Positions 37,195 to 46,161 are shown, counted from the stretch's first letter. The stretch is 55,159 nucleotides of DNA from Minisyncoccia bacterium (GCA_049296855.1 JBAQTF010000014.1:1-55159); one strand, 5' to 3'. The notes: generated by a model not told the origin, from the sequence alone. Made by a program: numbers and translations.

Positions 37195-37788
37195 TTAACT
37201 CTCTAGGTTTTTATACACTTGCATCCCTAGGACAGAACCGAGTATTGGCCCGAGAATATACATAATTCCTGGTGAGCCGATACCGAAAGCCACTGCGGGA
37301 TTGAGAACTCCATTTGAACCGAGGAATGTCGCGATAGTGATACCTAAAAGAAGTGAACCTCCGATAACAGCACCAGACGTATCATGTGGTGTTCTGTCGT
37401 AGATAACTGAGGCAATACCAAAAGTAAAGAAGAATGTTCCTAGAAGCTCAGCCAAACCAGTCGTCAAAGAATTACTGACCGCTATTCCAGCAGATGTACC
37501 GACTGGTCCGAGCGAAGAAGCTAGAGAAAGTGCAATCCCCGCACCAAGGAGCTGTGCAACGATGTAACCTGTCGCATCTGTAGTATTAATTTTTTTTATT
37601 GACCACGCGCCGATAGTCACAGCCGGATTGATATGACATCCTGATATGTGACCTATTGAATAAACAAAAAGTCCTAGAACTAACGCCGCTAAAACTGGTG
37701 TTGGTACAGGACAAATACCGACAATTGATAATGCAACCACCAATGTAAGAGTGAATGTCCCCAACCCTTCTGCTATATATTTTTTCAT
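37195..37788 (-). CDS. Aquaporin/MIP-family channel (short, 197 aa)
   Basis: Two NPA boxes: HINPAVTIG and LNPAVAFG. Confidence 0.9.
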   Translation of the reverse strand: MKKYIAEGLGTFTLTLVVALSIVGICPVPTPVLAALVLGLFVYSIGHISGCHINPAVTIGAWSIKKINTTDATGYIVAQLLGAGIALSLASSLGPVGTSAGIAVSNSLTTGLAELLGTFFFTFGIASVIYDRTPHDTSGAVIGGSLLLGITIATFLGSNGVLNPAVAFGIGSPGIMYILGPILGSVLGMQVYKNLES

Positions 37789-37894
37789 CCCGTTAGAAGT
37801 ACCAGTAGATTTATTAGTCTATGGTATAAAAATTAAACTAATTATAATATTATCCCGAATAAAATTTTCGACTGAAACTTCTAACGGGATTCAT
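37786..37894 (-). repeat. CCCGTTAGA-family hairpin element inserted at the start of the aquaporin gene
   Basis: On the minus strand: ATGAAT (37894-89), cccgttagaagt (37888-77), about 76 nt, acttctaacggg (37800-789), then ATGAAA, the CDS start at 37788. TAAAAT lies 7 nt upstream of the 5' ATGAAT. Confidence 0.8.
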
Positions 37895-37954
37895 ATACTT
37901 AATTTTACCAGTTCACCCGGAAAAGTCATTCTAAGATATGCACCTATACTTTTC

Positions 37955-39697
37955 TTACATCCTCTCACCGATCTGTTGTCGCCACATAGCATAGTAAAGA
38001 CCTTTTTGACCAAGCAGATCTAAATGAGTTCCGCTTTCGACTATTACTCCCTTTTCTAAAACGTAAATACGATCTGCATGCATGATAGTTGAAAGTCTGT
38101 GAGCAATTAGGATTGTCAGCTGTTCTTTAGAACCAGCAACTTCCCTTACAGTCTTTGTAATTTCTTCTTCTGTAATAGAATCAAGTGAAGATGTCGCTTC
38201 ATCAAAAACGAGCAAGGTCGGTTTTCGGAGTAGTGCTCGTGCTATAGAGAGTCTTTGTTTCTCTCCGCCAGAAATCTTCACTCCACCTTCACCTATAACA
38301 GTACCCAGACCTTTGTCAGCCCGTGCAAGAAGTGAATCGCAAGCACTTTTGTGTAATACATCGAGACACTCTTTGTCAGTTGCATTTGGATTTACGAAAA
38401 GTAAATTCTCACGAATAGTTCCAGCAAACAGCTGTGTATCTTGTGTGACAAAACCAATCTGTTTCCTCAAATCTTTTAGATCTATCTCCGATGAAGAAAT
38501 ATCGTTATACAAAACTTTACCTTCTGTTGGAGTGTACAATCCAACTAGTAGCTTCACTACACTTGTTTTTCCTGAACCAGATGGACCAACAAATGCTACT
38601 GTCTCCCCTTTTTGCATATTGAACGATACGTTATCAACCGCTTTTATCTTTGCACTGTTATATGAGAATGAGACGTTTTTGAACTCTAATGAGTCTACTC
38701 TTTTTAAATGCATAGGATTTTCTGGAACGACTTCCCTTTTCATATCAAGAATATTTTTAAAACGTAACAGTGATGCCTCTGCTTCTCGATATGTAGTAAT
38801 AATATTTCCAATTTCCTGCAATGGTCCGAAAACGAAAAACGAGTAGATCATCAGGGTAAAAAATTGACCAATAGTAATGATTCTTTGGAAAATCAAAATT
38901 AACATAAAAATAAGAATACTTGTCCGCAAAAGGTTTATCAGAGTACCTTGTACAAAACTGATACTTCGAATATAGCGCAATTTTTGGAGTTCTAGGGCCA
39001 GAATCTTTTCAGTTGTGGTATTGAGTCTGCCTATTTCTTGTTCAGACAGACCAAGACTTTTTACTAATTCAATGTTTCGCAAAGACTCAGTTGTTGACCC
39101 AGCAAGGTTTGAAGTCTCCACAACAATTTTTTTCTGAATATTTTTTACCTTACTACTTAGAAAATAACTAATGCTTCCTATTATTGGAATCGTCAGTCCG
39201 AAAGCCAAAGCAATACCCCAATACAAATTTGCAGAGTATATTGTCACAAAAATAAAACCAATCAGAGAAACGAAAGTAAAGTTTATCCCCGATATTATTA
39301 ATTTTTCACTATCTATACGAGCTTTTTGGAGAATATTCAGCGTCTCACCACTTCTCTGATCTTCGAAAACAGCATAAGGCAGAGCGAGTGAATGTTTAAC
39401 TCCATCAGCATATAGTTCTGCACTAAAACGTTGAGTGATATTGTTCAAATAATAATCCTGAAAGTTTTTTGCAACTCGAGAAACAAATGCGACGCCGACA
39501 GACAGAAGAAAAAGAAAAGAGACTCCGCGAAGGAACTCAGACAAAGTATACTGTGTGAATTTAACAGCATAGTTGTCTACAATATGTTGAAAAATGTAAG
39601 GATCAAGAAGAGAAAAGATTTGGTTTATGGACGCCAAAACAAGCACAGCAATACATAAAACCCAATATTTTTTTAGATAGGACCACAAAATTTTCAT
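37955..39697 (-). CDS. ABC exporter, fused permease/ATPase (MsbA-like)
   Basis: GPSGSGKTS Walker A, ISGGEKQRLSIARA signature, LLVFDEATS Walker B. TGCTATACT lies 8 nt upstream of the ATG. Confidence 0.9.
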   Translation of the reverse strand: MKILWSYLKKYWVLCIAVLVLASINQIFSLLDPYIFQHIVDNYAVKFTQYTLSEFLRGVSFLFLLSVGVAFVSRVAKNFQDYYLNNITQRFSAELYADGVKHSLALPYAVFEDQRSGETLNILQKARIDSEKLIISGINFTFVSLIGFIFVTIYSANLYWGIALAFGLTIPIIGSISYFLSSKVKNIQKKIVVETSNLAGSTTESLRNIELVKSLGLSEQEIGRLNTTTEKILALELQKLRYIRSISFVQGTLINLLRTSILIFMLILIFQRIITIGQFFTLMIYSFFVFGPLQEIGNIITTYREAEASLLRFKNILDMKREVVPENPMHLKRVDSLEFKNVSFSYNSAKIKAVDNVSFNMQKGETVAFVGPSGSGKTSVVKLLVGLYTPTEGKVLYNDISSSEIDLKDLRKQIGFVTQDTQLFAGTIRENLLFVNPNATDKECLDVLHKSACDSLLARADKGLGTVIGEGGVKISGGEKQRLSIARALLRKPTLLVFDEATSSLDSITEEEITKTVREVAGSKEQLTILIAHRLSTIMHADRIYVLEKGVIVESGTHLDLLGQKGLYYAMWRQQIGERM

Positions 39698-39787
39698 AAG
39701 GAACTAGTATAGCACAAAGTTTCTCACTTACTTCCGACTCCATTTATCTTACTTAAGGCAATTTTTGTCTTAACTAAAAGCATATTT

Positions 39788-39942
39788 TGGGTGGCTACTG
39801 GGAGATTCGACCCTTACATGGTCAGTACCCTAATTGGATATTTTATTTCGTAAACTCATAAAATATCTCAATCGGGCTTCGACTCCAGCCGTAAGTGCTC
39901 CCAGCACTTACTTAGCCACATAAAATAACTTCGTTATTTTTG
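39788..39942 (-). ncRNA. tRNA-trailer structured element (His copy), tRNA-like closing stem
   Basis: Lies directly 3' of tRNA-His. It ends in a 17-nt exact copy (39788-804) of the tRNA 3' end (39941-57). The 5' GUGGCUA pairs with the 3' UAGCCAC. Homologous to 45333-45483 and 51015-51158. Confidence 0.7.
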
Positions 39943-40014
39943 GGTGGCTACTGGGAGTCGAACCCAGACAGAGAGCTCCACAAGCTCGCGTGCTACCGCT
40001 ACACCATAGCCACC
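39943..40014 (-). tRNA. tRNA-His (GUG) with encoded G-1
   Basis: Hand-folded cloverleaf: G-1 opposite discriminator C, anticodon loop UUGUGGA, T-arm CUGGG-UUCGACU-CCCAG. No encoded CCA. Confidence 0.9.
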
Positions 40015-40023
40015 ATTAAATCC

Positions 40024-40184
40024 AAGTTTTCAAAAAATGACTTTCGGGAGCATCCGCAGGTCTGAAGCTTGGATTTGTCAACGACCCGAGTAAGACGAGG
40101 GCTCTTTACAAATTCAGACCGAGGACCAGCCGAAAGCTTCGCAGGAAAGCTTGAGGTTCTCCTAAAAGCATTTTTTGAAAACTT
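40024..40184. ncRNA. GC-enriched structured region of about 160 nt closed by a perfect 16-bp stem (candidate small RNA or palindromic element)
   Basis: aagttttcaaaaaatg (40024-39) pairs with cattttttgaaaactt (40169-84). Interior helices are ggtctgaa/ttcagacc, atttgt/acaaat and ctttcgg/ccgaaag. AAGCTT occurs three times. Confidence 0.5.
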
Positions 40185-40253
40185 ACCCATTTATACCAGA
40201 AAATAAGCTTAAAATCTAGCCAGAAAGAGTTTTTTCTGTATACTTATCGACAT

Positions 40254-41516
40254 ATGAAAAAGTTTGACCCTTATGACTTCTCAAAAAAAGTGATTGATGG
40301 GGTGCCTGTGTACTACAAAAATTTACCTCTAGCACCTTGCATACACATCAATATAATTTTTAGCACGGGCTCAATTTATGACCCAAAAGGAAAAGAAGGC
40401 CTATCACATTTTTTGGAACACATGATATTTGACGGGTGTCCCTCCTTACCAAACAAAAAAGCTATAAAAGAATGGTCAAAAATCCACACTTTAAACTCTT
40501 GGAATGCATGGACCTGGTTTACAAACACCAACTACCATCTCAAATGTTTACCAGAAAAAATTGATATAGTGCTTTCTGGTATGAAAGATATGATTTTTAA
40601 TCCACTTCTTAAAGATGAGGACGTAGAACATGAACGAAGTGTTATCACTCAAGAAGCATGGGGAGTATACAAAAATGAAAAATATTTATCTTTTTGTAAG
40701 AAGACACTGGATAATGTGTACCACGGCACGGCACGGGTAAATACAACTAGTCCGCTCGGTTGGCCAGATAGTATAAAAAATATATCTCAAAAAGATGTTG
40801 CTCTGTGGCACAGAACAAACTATGGTAAAGGAAATTTCTCTATTGTCATAAGTGGAGCCATAGACAGCAAAACTTTGGAGAAAATGGGAAAATTTCTAAA
40901 AACAATTCCTCAAGCGAAATTAGAAAGGATAAAATTTGGCGAACTACAAAAACCCAAGAAAAACTTTATAACAAAAACTGGTGAGGAAATCGGCGATCCG
41001 AGAGAACAGGCAGAGATAAGTTTTGAAAGAGCAATTGCAACCAAATCAGCACCAAGTGAGGAAATACAACTTATGACAAGCTCTCTTCTTCAAGACATCT
41101 TGTATGAAAGATTGAGGACAGAAAAAGCTTTGTGTTACGGGATATCAACCGGTTCATATATACAGAAAGATTTTTTGTCTTGGACTGTCAACTTAAAAAT
41201 AAAGGAAGAAAATGTAGATGTTGTTAAAAAAGAGTTTTGGAAAGCCTTAGGAGACATAATCTCAGGAAAAGAAAAAAGCCGTTTCGATGTCCTAAAGAAA
41301 GTGCGAATAGACAGACTCAAATCAATAGAAGAAGTGACGGAAGACATAACTCAAAACGTGCTCATGAATATATTGAAATACGAAAAAATTATACAAAAAG
41401 AAAAAATGATTTTAGAAAGACAGAAAATATCTTATAAAGATGTTGTCTCCTGCCTCAAAAACGCATTCAAAAAAGAGTGGACTGTTATTGAGGTAATCCT
41501 ACCTGCGAAAAAATAA
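40254..41516 (+). CDS. M16-family (insulinase-like) zinc peptidase
   Basis: HFLEHMIF (HxxEH), 420 aa. Confidence 0.85.
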   Translation: MKKFDPYDFSKKVIDGVPVYYKNLPLAPCIHINIIFSTGSIYDPKGKEGLSHFLEHMIFDGCPSLPNKKAIKEWSKIHTLNSWNAWTWFTNTNYHLKCLPEKIDIVLSGMKDMIFNPLLKDEDVEHERSVITQEAWGVYKNEKYLSFCKKTLDNVYHGTARVNTTSPLGWPDSIKNISQKDVALWHRTNYGKGNFSIVISGAIDSKTLEKMGKFLKTIPQAKLERIKFGELQKPKKNFITKTGEEIGDPREQAEISFERAIATKSAPSEEIQLMTSSLLQDILYERLRTEKALCYGISTGSYIQKDFLSWTVNLKIKEENVDVVKKEFWKALGDIISGKEKSRFDVLKKVRIDRLKSIEEVTEDITQNVLMNILKYEKIIQKEKMILERQKISYKDVVSCLKNAFKKEWTVIEVILPAKK

Positions 41517-41535
41517 AACTATTAATTAATAATCT

Positions 41536-43050
41536 CTATAGAGAAATATGGTTATAGTATTCTACTGGGGCAAAATCATCCGTCAATACTGGCATATCGT
41601 CAGCTATTGGTTTCTTCCAAACTTGAGACAGAAATCTATTAATCTCTTTATTGGGACTTTCCCATTTTGAAATTTTTTCCGATTTCAAGGCCACGAGCAT
41701 GAGATTTTGAGTTTTGCTACCATCCTCTATATTTTGAACCGCAAATAAAAAAACTTGTGGAAAAAATTTTTTGTAAGTGGCATACTCTGCCCTGGCAAAT
41801 TTCCCTTTCTCACCTTCAATGGCCGAAATAATGTTGACCATAACCACTCCACCTTCATTAAGCGTATCATATTCTTTGATTATAGCTTCTTTTGTCGTCA
41901 GCTGAAAAGGAATTGCTGATGTAGAATTAAATGCGTCACCAAAAATGACATCGTATTTCTTTTTATTCTCGTTTAAATAAATGCGTGCGTCTTGATGATA
42001 GATGGTGAGATTCTTTTCATCATTCAATCTGAAGTACTTTCTGGCGATAGCGGTCATACCAGGATCAATTTCAACCACATCCATTTTTGCGTCTGGATAA
42101 TTCTTAATAAAATCGCGTGGGTATGTGTAGGCACAACCACCTATCATAAGAACATTAGTGGGGTTAGGCACGAAATGACCGAACAGTCGGTAAAATTTGG
42201 TGTAATCAAAGACCAAATCATTGGTACCGTCAGTAAATATAGCCCCTTGAGTAGTATATGGGTCAGTCGTAAGAGTTAGTATCGGCTTTTTTGTCACAGG
42301 ATCAGTTGCACGTAAAACCAAAATACGATTATACTCAGTATCAACATCAGCTACAAATATTTTTTGTTCTATAAGCGAAAACATGTATGTTAATCCTAAA
42401 AAAATAGTTATGAGGAGAACCGCTACTTTAAATGATTTCCCTATTTTTGTATCCAAAAGCAATAAAACAGCCGTGAGTAAAAGAACAACAGAGAGAACTA
42501 TCATTGAATTTGTTGAGCCAATATTCGGAACAATATAAAAACCAGATAAAAAGGTGCCAAAGATACTGCCGGCTGTGGATATGGCATAAAGATTACCTGC
42601 AGTTCTTCCAGATTTAGATATGTCGATCATTCTAAGTCTCACTGCATAGGGAGAGACCATACCCAAAAGAAAACTAGCTGGAGCAAAGAGTATCAATGAA
42701 ATCATTATAGATTTAATCTCTAAAATAGCCTTGGAAACTAAAATAATTGACGAGAAAATATCTTTTGTAAAAGCCGAGAAAGCTATTGCTACGGCGGAAA
42801 AAATAATGATCATAGCCATCGGTTTTATGCTCGGTCTCCTGTCCGCCAAATAACCACCGGCATAGTACCCAACGCTTAAACTTGCAAGAATTACTCCTAT
42901 TAAACTAGTCCAGGCATAAATGGAGGTACCTACATAAGGAGCAATGACGCGTGACCCAACCAATTCGAAAATCATCACAACCGCTCCGCAGATAAACACA
43001 ACGATCTCAAGTATAAATTTCCTATTTGAGATCATTAAATTATTTTCCAT
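41536..43050 (-). CDS. Membrane-fused spermidine-synthase-family protein
   Basis: The N-terminal half has about 7 TM helices. The C-terminal half has VLMIGGCAYTYPRDF, VVEIDPGMTAIARKYF and VIFGDAFNS. Confidence 0.7.
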   Translation of the reverse strand: MENNLMISNRKFILEIVVFICGAVVMIFELVGSRVIAPYVGTSIYAWTSLIGVILASLSVGYYAGGYLADRRPSIKPMAMIIIFSAVAIAFSAFTKDIFSSIILVSKAILEIKSIMISLILFAPASFLLGMVSPYAVRLRMIDISKSGRTAGNLYAISTAGSIFGTFLSGFYIVPNIGSTNSMIVLSVVLLLTAVLLLLDTKIGKSFKVAVLLITIFLGLTYMFSLIEQKIFVADVDTEYNRILVLRATDPVTKKPILTLTTDPYTTQGAIFTDGTNDLVFDYTKFYRLFGHFVPNPTNVLMIGGCAYTYPRDFIKNYPDAKMDVVEIDPGMTAIARKYFRLNDEKNLTIYHQDARIYLNENKKKYDVIFGDAFNSTSAIPFQLTTKEAIIKEYDTLNEGGVVMVNIISAIEGEKGKFARAEYATYKKFFPQVFLFAVQNIEDGSKTQNLMLVALKSEKISKWESPNKEINRFLSQVWKKPIADDMPVLTDDFAPVEYYNHISL

Positions 43051-43114
43051 AAATTTATTTCAAAAGTTCGTTGACTTATGACGCAAAACCATAACATAGC
43101 CTTGCTCCCCTCAC

Positions 43115-43199
43115 TGGTGCTCGGGAGAGGACTCGAACCTCCACACCTTACGGCACACCCACCTCAAGGGTGCTTGTCTACCAATTTCAACACCCGAGC
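43115..43199 (-). tRNA. tRNA-Leu (GAG), long variable arm, CCA encoded
   Basis: rc reads GCUCGGG...CACCC-UUGAGGU-GGGUG...GGAGG-UUCGAGU-CCUCU-CCCGAGC-A-CCA. Confidence 0.9.
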
Positions 43200-43359
43200 A
43201 TAACCACTAGAGCAGTATATGTGAATTCTGACTTTATTTCAAACTAAAAAACCCTTGCATGGCTAGTATACCTTTTTGATTTTTATTCGTTTAACTCAAA
43301 AAAATCTAAAGAAGGTATTAAGAAGTGACAGAGGTCACTTCTTACCTTTCGGATGATTT

Positions 43360-43767
43360 TTATTCTTTTACTTCTGCTTCTGTTTCTACAACCTCTTCAA
43401 CGCTGGTGGTATTATCTGGAAGTGCACGGATATTTCTCATTTGTCGTCTGATTTCTTTTGCTGCTTTGTCGCGGATGTGATAAAGCTTTGCTCGACGAAC
43501 CTTGGATCGTTTCAAAGTTTCGATAGAATCAATCATTGGGGAATATATTGGGAATATTTTCTCAACACCTACACCAGATGCAACGCGTCGAACTGTGAAA
43601 GTCGCTCCAGCCTCTCGTCCGTGTTTTACAGCAATAACCAGTCCCTCAAAAGCCTGAAGACGAGTTTTACCTTTTTCGACAATTTTTTGTAAGACACGAA
43701 CAGTGTCCCCTGAACGAATATCAAGAGCTTTTCTCTCAGCAACTTTTACTGGTGATTGAATTTCCAT
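43360..43767 (-). CDS. rplS: 50S ribosomal protein L19
   Basis: [33 protein letters not shown]...FTVRR. Confidence 0.93.
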   Translation of the reverse strand: MEIQSPVKVAERKALDIRSGDTVRVLQKIVEKGKTRLQAFEGLVIAVKHGREAGATFTVRRVASGVGVEKIFPIYSPMIDSIETLKRSKVRRAKLYHIRDKAAKEIRRQMRNIRALPDNTTSVEEVVETEAEVKE

Positions 43768-43790
43768 AACTGAGTTAATCTAACACAAGA

Positions 43791-44510
43791 CTAGGAGCTT
43801 TGCAACAGAGCCACAGCACGGCTAAAATCCTCTGGATACGGAGCTGTTACCGTATGAGATAAACCACCTAAATCAGTAAATGTAATGTCATGTGAATGTA
43901 GAGCCGACCTCTTAAACCCAAGTGTATTTACCCTATCCGGAGCGTAGAGAGAATCTCCCACCAAAGGATAGTTAATGGCCTTAAAATGAACTCTGATTTG
44001 GTGAGTCCGCCCTGTTTTTGGACTAACCTCGACAAACGAATAACCTAGTTTTTTAGTAATAACTTTATAATATGTCACTGCCTCGCGCATTTCTCCCCTT
44101 GCCCCCCTCTGAGCCGACCACATCCGAAAATCTTTGCTACTACGACCAATAGGCCTATCTATCTTACCTTTTTCTGTTTTCATTTCACCAAAAACGAAGG
44201 CTTGATAATTTTTTTTAATTTCGTGATTTTTAAATTGTTCTTTTAGATTTTTAAAAGATTCTTTTGTCTTTGCAACAACCATTACACCAGATGTATCCCT
44301 GTCGAGCCTATGAACAATCCCAGATCTAGGAATAGTTTCACCAGTTGCGGTACTACCAGGTTCACCAACATCTTTTATTTCCGGATATTTTGATAAAATC
44401 CAATCAACCAAAGTTTTTTCCTCTGTTTTCCCGTCACTATGCACCACAAGCCCCGATGGTTTGTTTATGACCAGTACCTCTTTATCTTCATATAAAATAG
44501 TAGGTTCCAT
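43791..44510 (-). CDS. RluA-family pseudouridine synthase
   Basis: HRLDRDTSGVMVVAK catalytic motif. Confidence 0.88.
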   Translation of the reverse strand: MEPTILYEDKEVLVINKPSGLVVHSDGKTEEKTLVDWILSKYPEIKDVGEPGSTATGETIPRSGIVHRLDRDTSGVMVVAKTKESFKNLKEQFKNHEIKKNYQAFVFGEMKTEKGKIDRPIGRSSKDFRMWSAQRGARGEMREAVTYYKVITKKLGYSFVEVSPKTGRTHQIRVHFKAINYPLVGDSLYAPDRVNTLGFKRSALHSHDITFTDLGGLSHTVTAPYPEDFSRAVALLQSS

Positions 44511-44511
44511 A

Positions 44512-45201
44512 TTACTTCCCTATCCTTTGTTCTCTATTTTCATATTCCTTGAGTATATTCAAAAATTCCTCTTTGGAAAAGTCAGGCCAAAGTGTCTTAA
44601 TAAAAAATAGTTCACTGTAGACTCCTTGCCACGGCAAAAACCCAGAAAGTCGCATCTCGCCGGATGTGCGAATAATAATATCTGGGTCTGGCATATTTCC
44701 CGTTTGAAGATGTCGCCCAAAATATTCTTCTGTAATTTTTTCTTGTTTTGGATTTTCAGCGACAATTTTCTTCACGGCAGAAAGTATATCCTGTCTTCCG
44801 CCGTAGTTTAAAGCAAAATAAACATGCGGACCAGTATTATTTGCTGTTTTTTCCAAAGCCTCGTGTAGAGTCTTTTGCAAGTCACCTGGAAATTTAGTTA
44901 AATCTCCAACATAGTGCAAAACTCCACCCTCTTTATTAAAATAATCTAACTCAGAATTGAGAAACTCTCCAATTAAATTCAGTAAGTAAGAAACTTCTTC
45001 CTTGGGACGACTCCAATTTTCAGTCGAAAATGTGTAGAAAATAAGATGTTTTATGCCCAAATCCTTCCCCCAACTGATAATATTTTTTAGAGTTTCTCCA
45101 CCAGCACGATGTCCTTCTAGTAGTTTTAACCCTTTTCCTTTTGCCCATCTACGATTTCCGTCCATTATTATCCCAATACAACCAGGTATTTTTTGACTCA
45201 T
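44512..45201 (-). CDS. uppS: Undecaprenyl diphosphate synthase
   Basis: IGIIMDGNRRWAK and ENWSRP motifs. Confidence 0.92.
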   Translation of the reverse strand: MSQKIPGCIGIIMDGNRRWAKGKGLKLLEGHRAGGETLKNIISWGKDLGIKHLIFYTFSTENWSRPKEEVSYLLNLIGEFLNSELDYFNKEGGVLHYVGDLTKFPGDLQKTLHEALEKTANNTGPHVYFALNYGGRQDILSAVKKIVAENPKQEKITEEYFGRHLQTGNMPDPDIIIRTSGEMRLSGFLPWQGVYSELFFIKTLWPDFSKEEFLNILKEYENREQRIGK

Positions 45202-45258
45202 TCAGTCCATTTTACATTATTTTACAAAGTAGACAATATGCTGTACTCTAGAAATATT

Positions 45259-45332
45259 GCGGGATTAGCTCAGTTGGTTAGAGCAATTCATTTACACTGA
45301 ATAGGCCGGGGGTTCGAGTCCTCCATCCCGCA
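45259..45332 (+). tRNA. tRNA-Val (UAC)
   Basis: GCGGGAU acceptor, anticodon loop UUUACAC, T-arm GGGGG-UUCGAGU-CCUCC. Confidence 0.92.
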
Positions 45333-45483
45333 CAAAAAGCCGAAGGGCTTTTGTGGGTGATGAGAAAGTGCTGAGAACACTTTCGTGAGGATTCGAAGCC
45401 TGAATGAGATATTTTACGAGCTTTGCGAAATAAAATATCCAATTGGGATACTGAGTCTGTAAGACTCGAGTCCTCCATCCCGA
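45333..45483 (+). ncRNA. tRNA-trailer structured element (Val copy)
   Basis: Starts with hairpin aaaagcc-gaag-ggctttt and ends in a 17-nt exact copy (45466-82) of the tRNA-Val 3' end (45314-30). Homologous to the His and Arg copies. Confidence 0.7.
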
Positions 45484-45508
45484 ACCTTAATAAGTAAATT
45501 TAAAAAAT

Positions 45509-46006
45509 ATGACTGACAAAGAATTATTTATACAAACATTAAAAAGTGAGATGCCACGGTTTGAACGTGTAATAAAAGCAGTTGATGCAGTCCCGAAACA
45601 CAAACATTCATATAAACACGATGCTAAATCTCGAACGACTTTCGAACTTCTTTCTCATACGTTCGCTGCAGAATCAGGCATGTTCCCTGTTATTTTAAAA
45701 AAGGGTAAACTGGATTTTGCTTCGTGGCCAAAACCAAAATGGAAAACTGTAGAAGAGATCAGAAAAGAATTTATGAAGAACATGAAAACTACCCTAAAAA
45801 TAGCCGAGAAAATGACTCCAAAAGAATGGGGATCAAAAGCTCAAATGTTTATGAATGGAAAAATGGAATGGGAGGATAAACGAGGGAAAGTAGTTTTTGA
45901 GTTTCTCCTAGACTTAATCCACCATCGTGGACAGTTATCAACTCATCTGCGTCCAATGGGTGGGAAAGTTCCATCTATATATGGACCTTCTGCTGACACG
46001 AATTAA
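45509..46006 (+). CDS. DinB-superfamily protein
   Basis: LDLIHHRGQLSTHLRPMGGKVPSIYGPSAD. Confidence 0.65.
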   Translation: MTDKELFIQTLKSEMPRFERVIKAVDAVPKHKHSYKHDAKSRTTFELLSHTFAAESGMFPVILKKGKLDFASWPKPKWKTVEEIRKEFMKNMKTTLKIAEKMTPKEWGSKAQMFMNGKMEWEDKRGKVVFEFLLDLIHHRGQLSTHLRPMGGKVPSIYGPSADTN

Positions 46007-46030
46007 AGCCTTAATACATAGCTTTTGACA

Positions 46031-46059
46031 AAAATCTCAATTTTCTAAATTGAGATTTT
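46031..46059 (+). terminator. Hairpin after the DinB-like gene
   Basis: aaaatctcaat-tttctaa-attgagatttt. Confidence 0.6.
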
Positions 46060-46078
46060 GTGGTAATGTGTTGCTATT

Positions 46079-46150
46079 GCCCTTGTAGTTTAATGGATAA
46101 AACAGTGGACTTCTAAGCCGCTGATCGAGGTTCGATTCCTCGCGAGGGCA
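46079..46150 (+). tRNA. tRNA-Arg (UCU)
   Basis: GCCCUUG acceptor, anticodon loop CUUCUAA, T-arm CGAGG-UUCGAUU-CCUCG. Confidence 0.85.
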
Positions 46151-46161
46151 CAATTAAAGGA

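Noticed and set aside
39788-39804. Duplicated tRNA 3' ends read as attL/attR scars of integrated genomic islands.
   Set aside because: Only about 130 nt lie between each tRNA and its duplicated end, and there is no integrase. The three interiors are homologous and structurally conserved although the tRNAs differ, which classical tRNA-specific integrases would not produce. It is kept as an alternative to be excluded.
40024-40184. SRP (4.5S) or 6S RNA.
   Set aside because: No GGAA/GNRA-capped helix-8-like motif with the conserved AGCA/GGAA asymmetric loops on either strand. A 6S-like central bubble could not be supported by eye. The closing stem resembles the other palindromic intergenic elements.
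45353-45400. Hammerhead-ribozyme-like GUGAUGAG...GAAAGUG in the tRNA-Val trailer element.
   Set aside because: The CUGAUGA and GAAA core positions are not conserved in the homologous His (CUAAGUA) and Arg (CCGCAGA) copies, and no stem III or cleavage-site arrangement fits.
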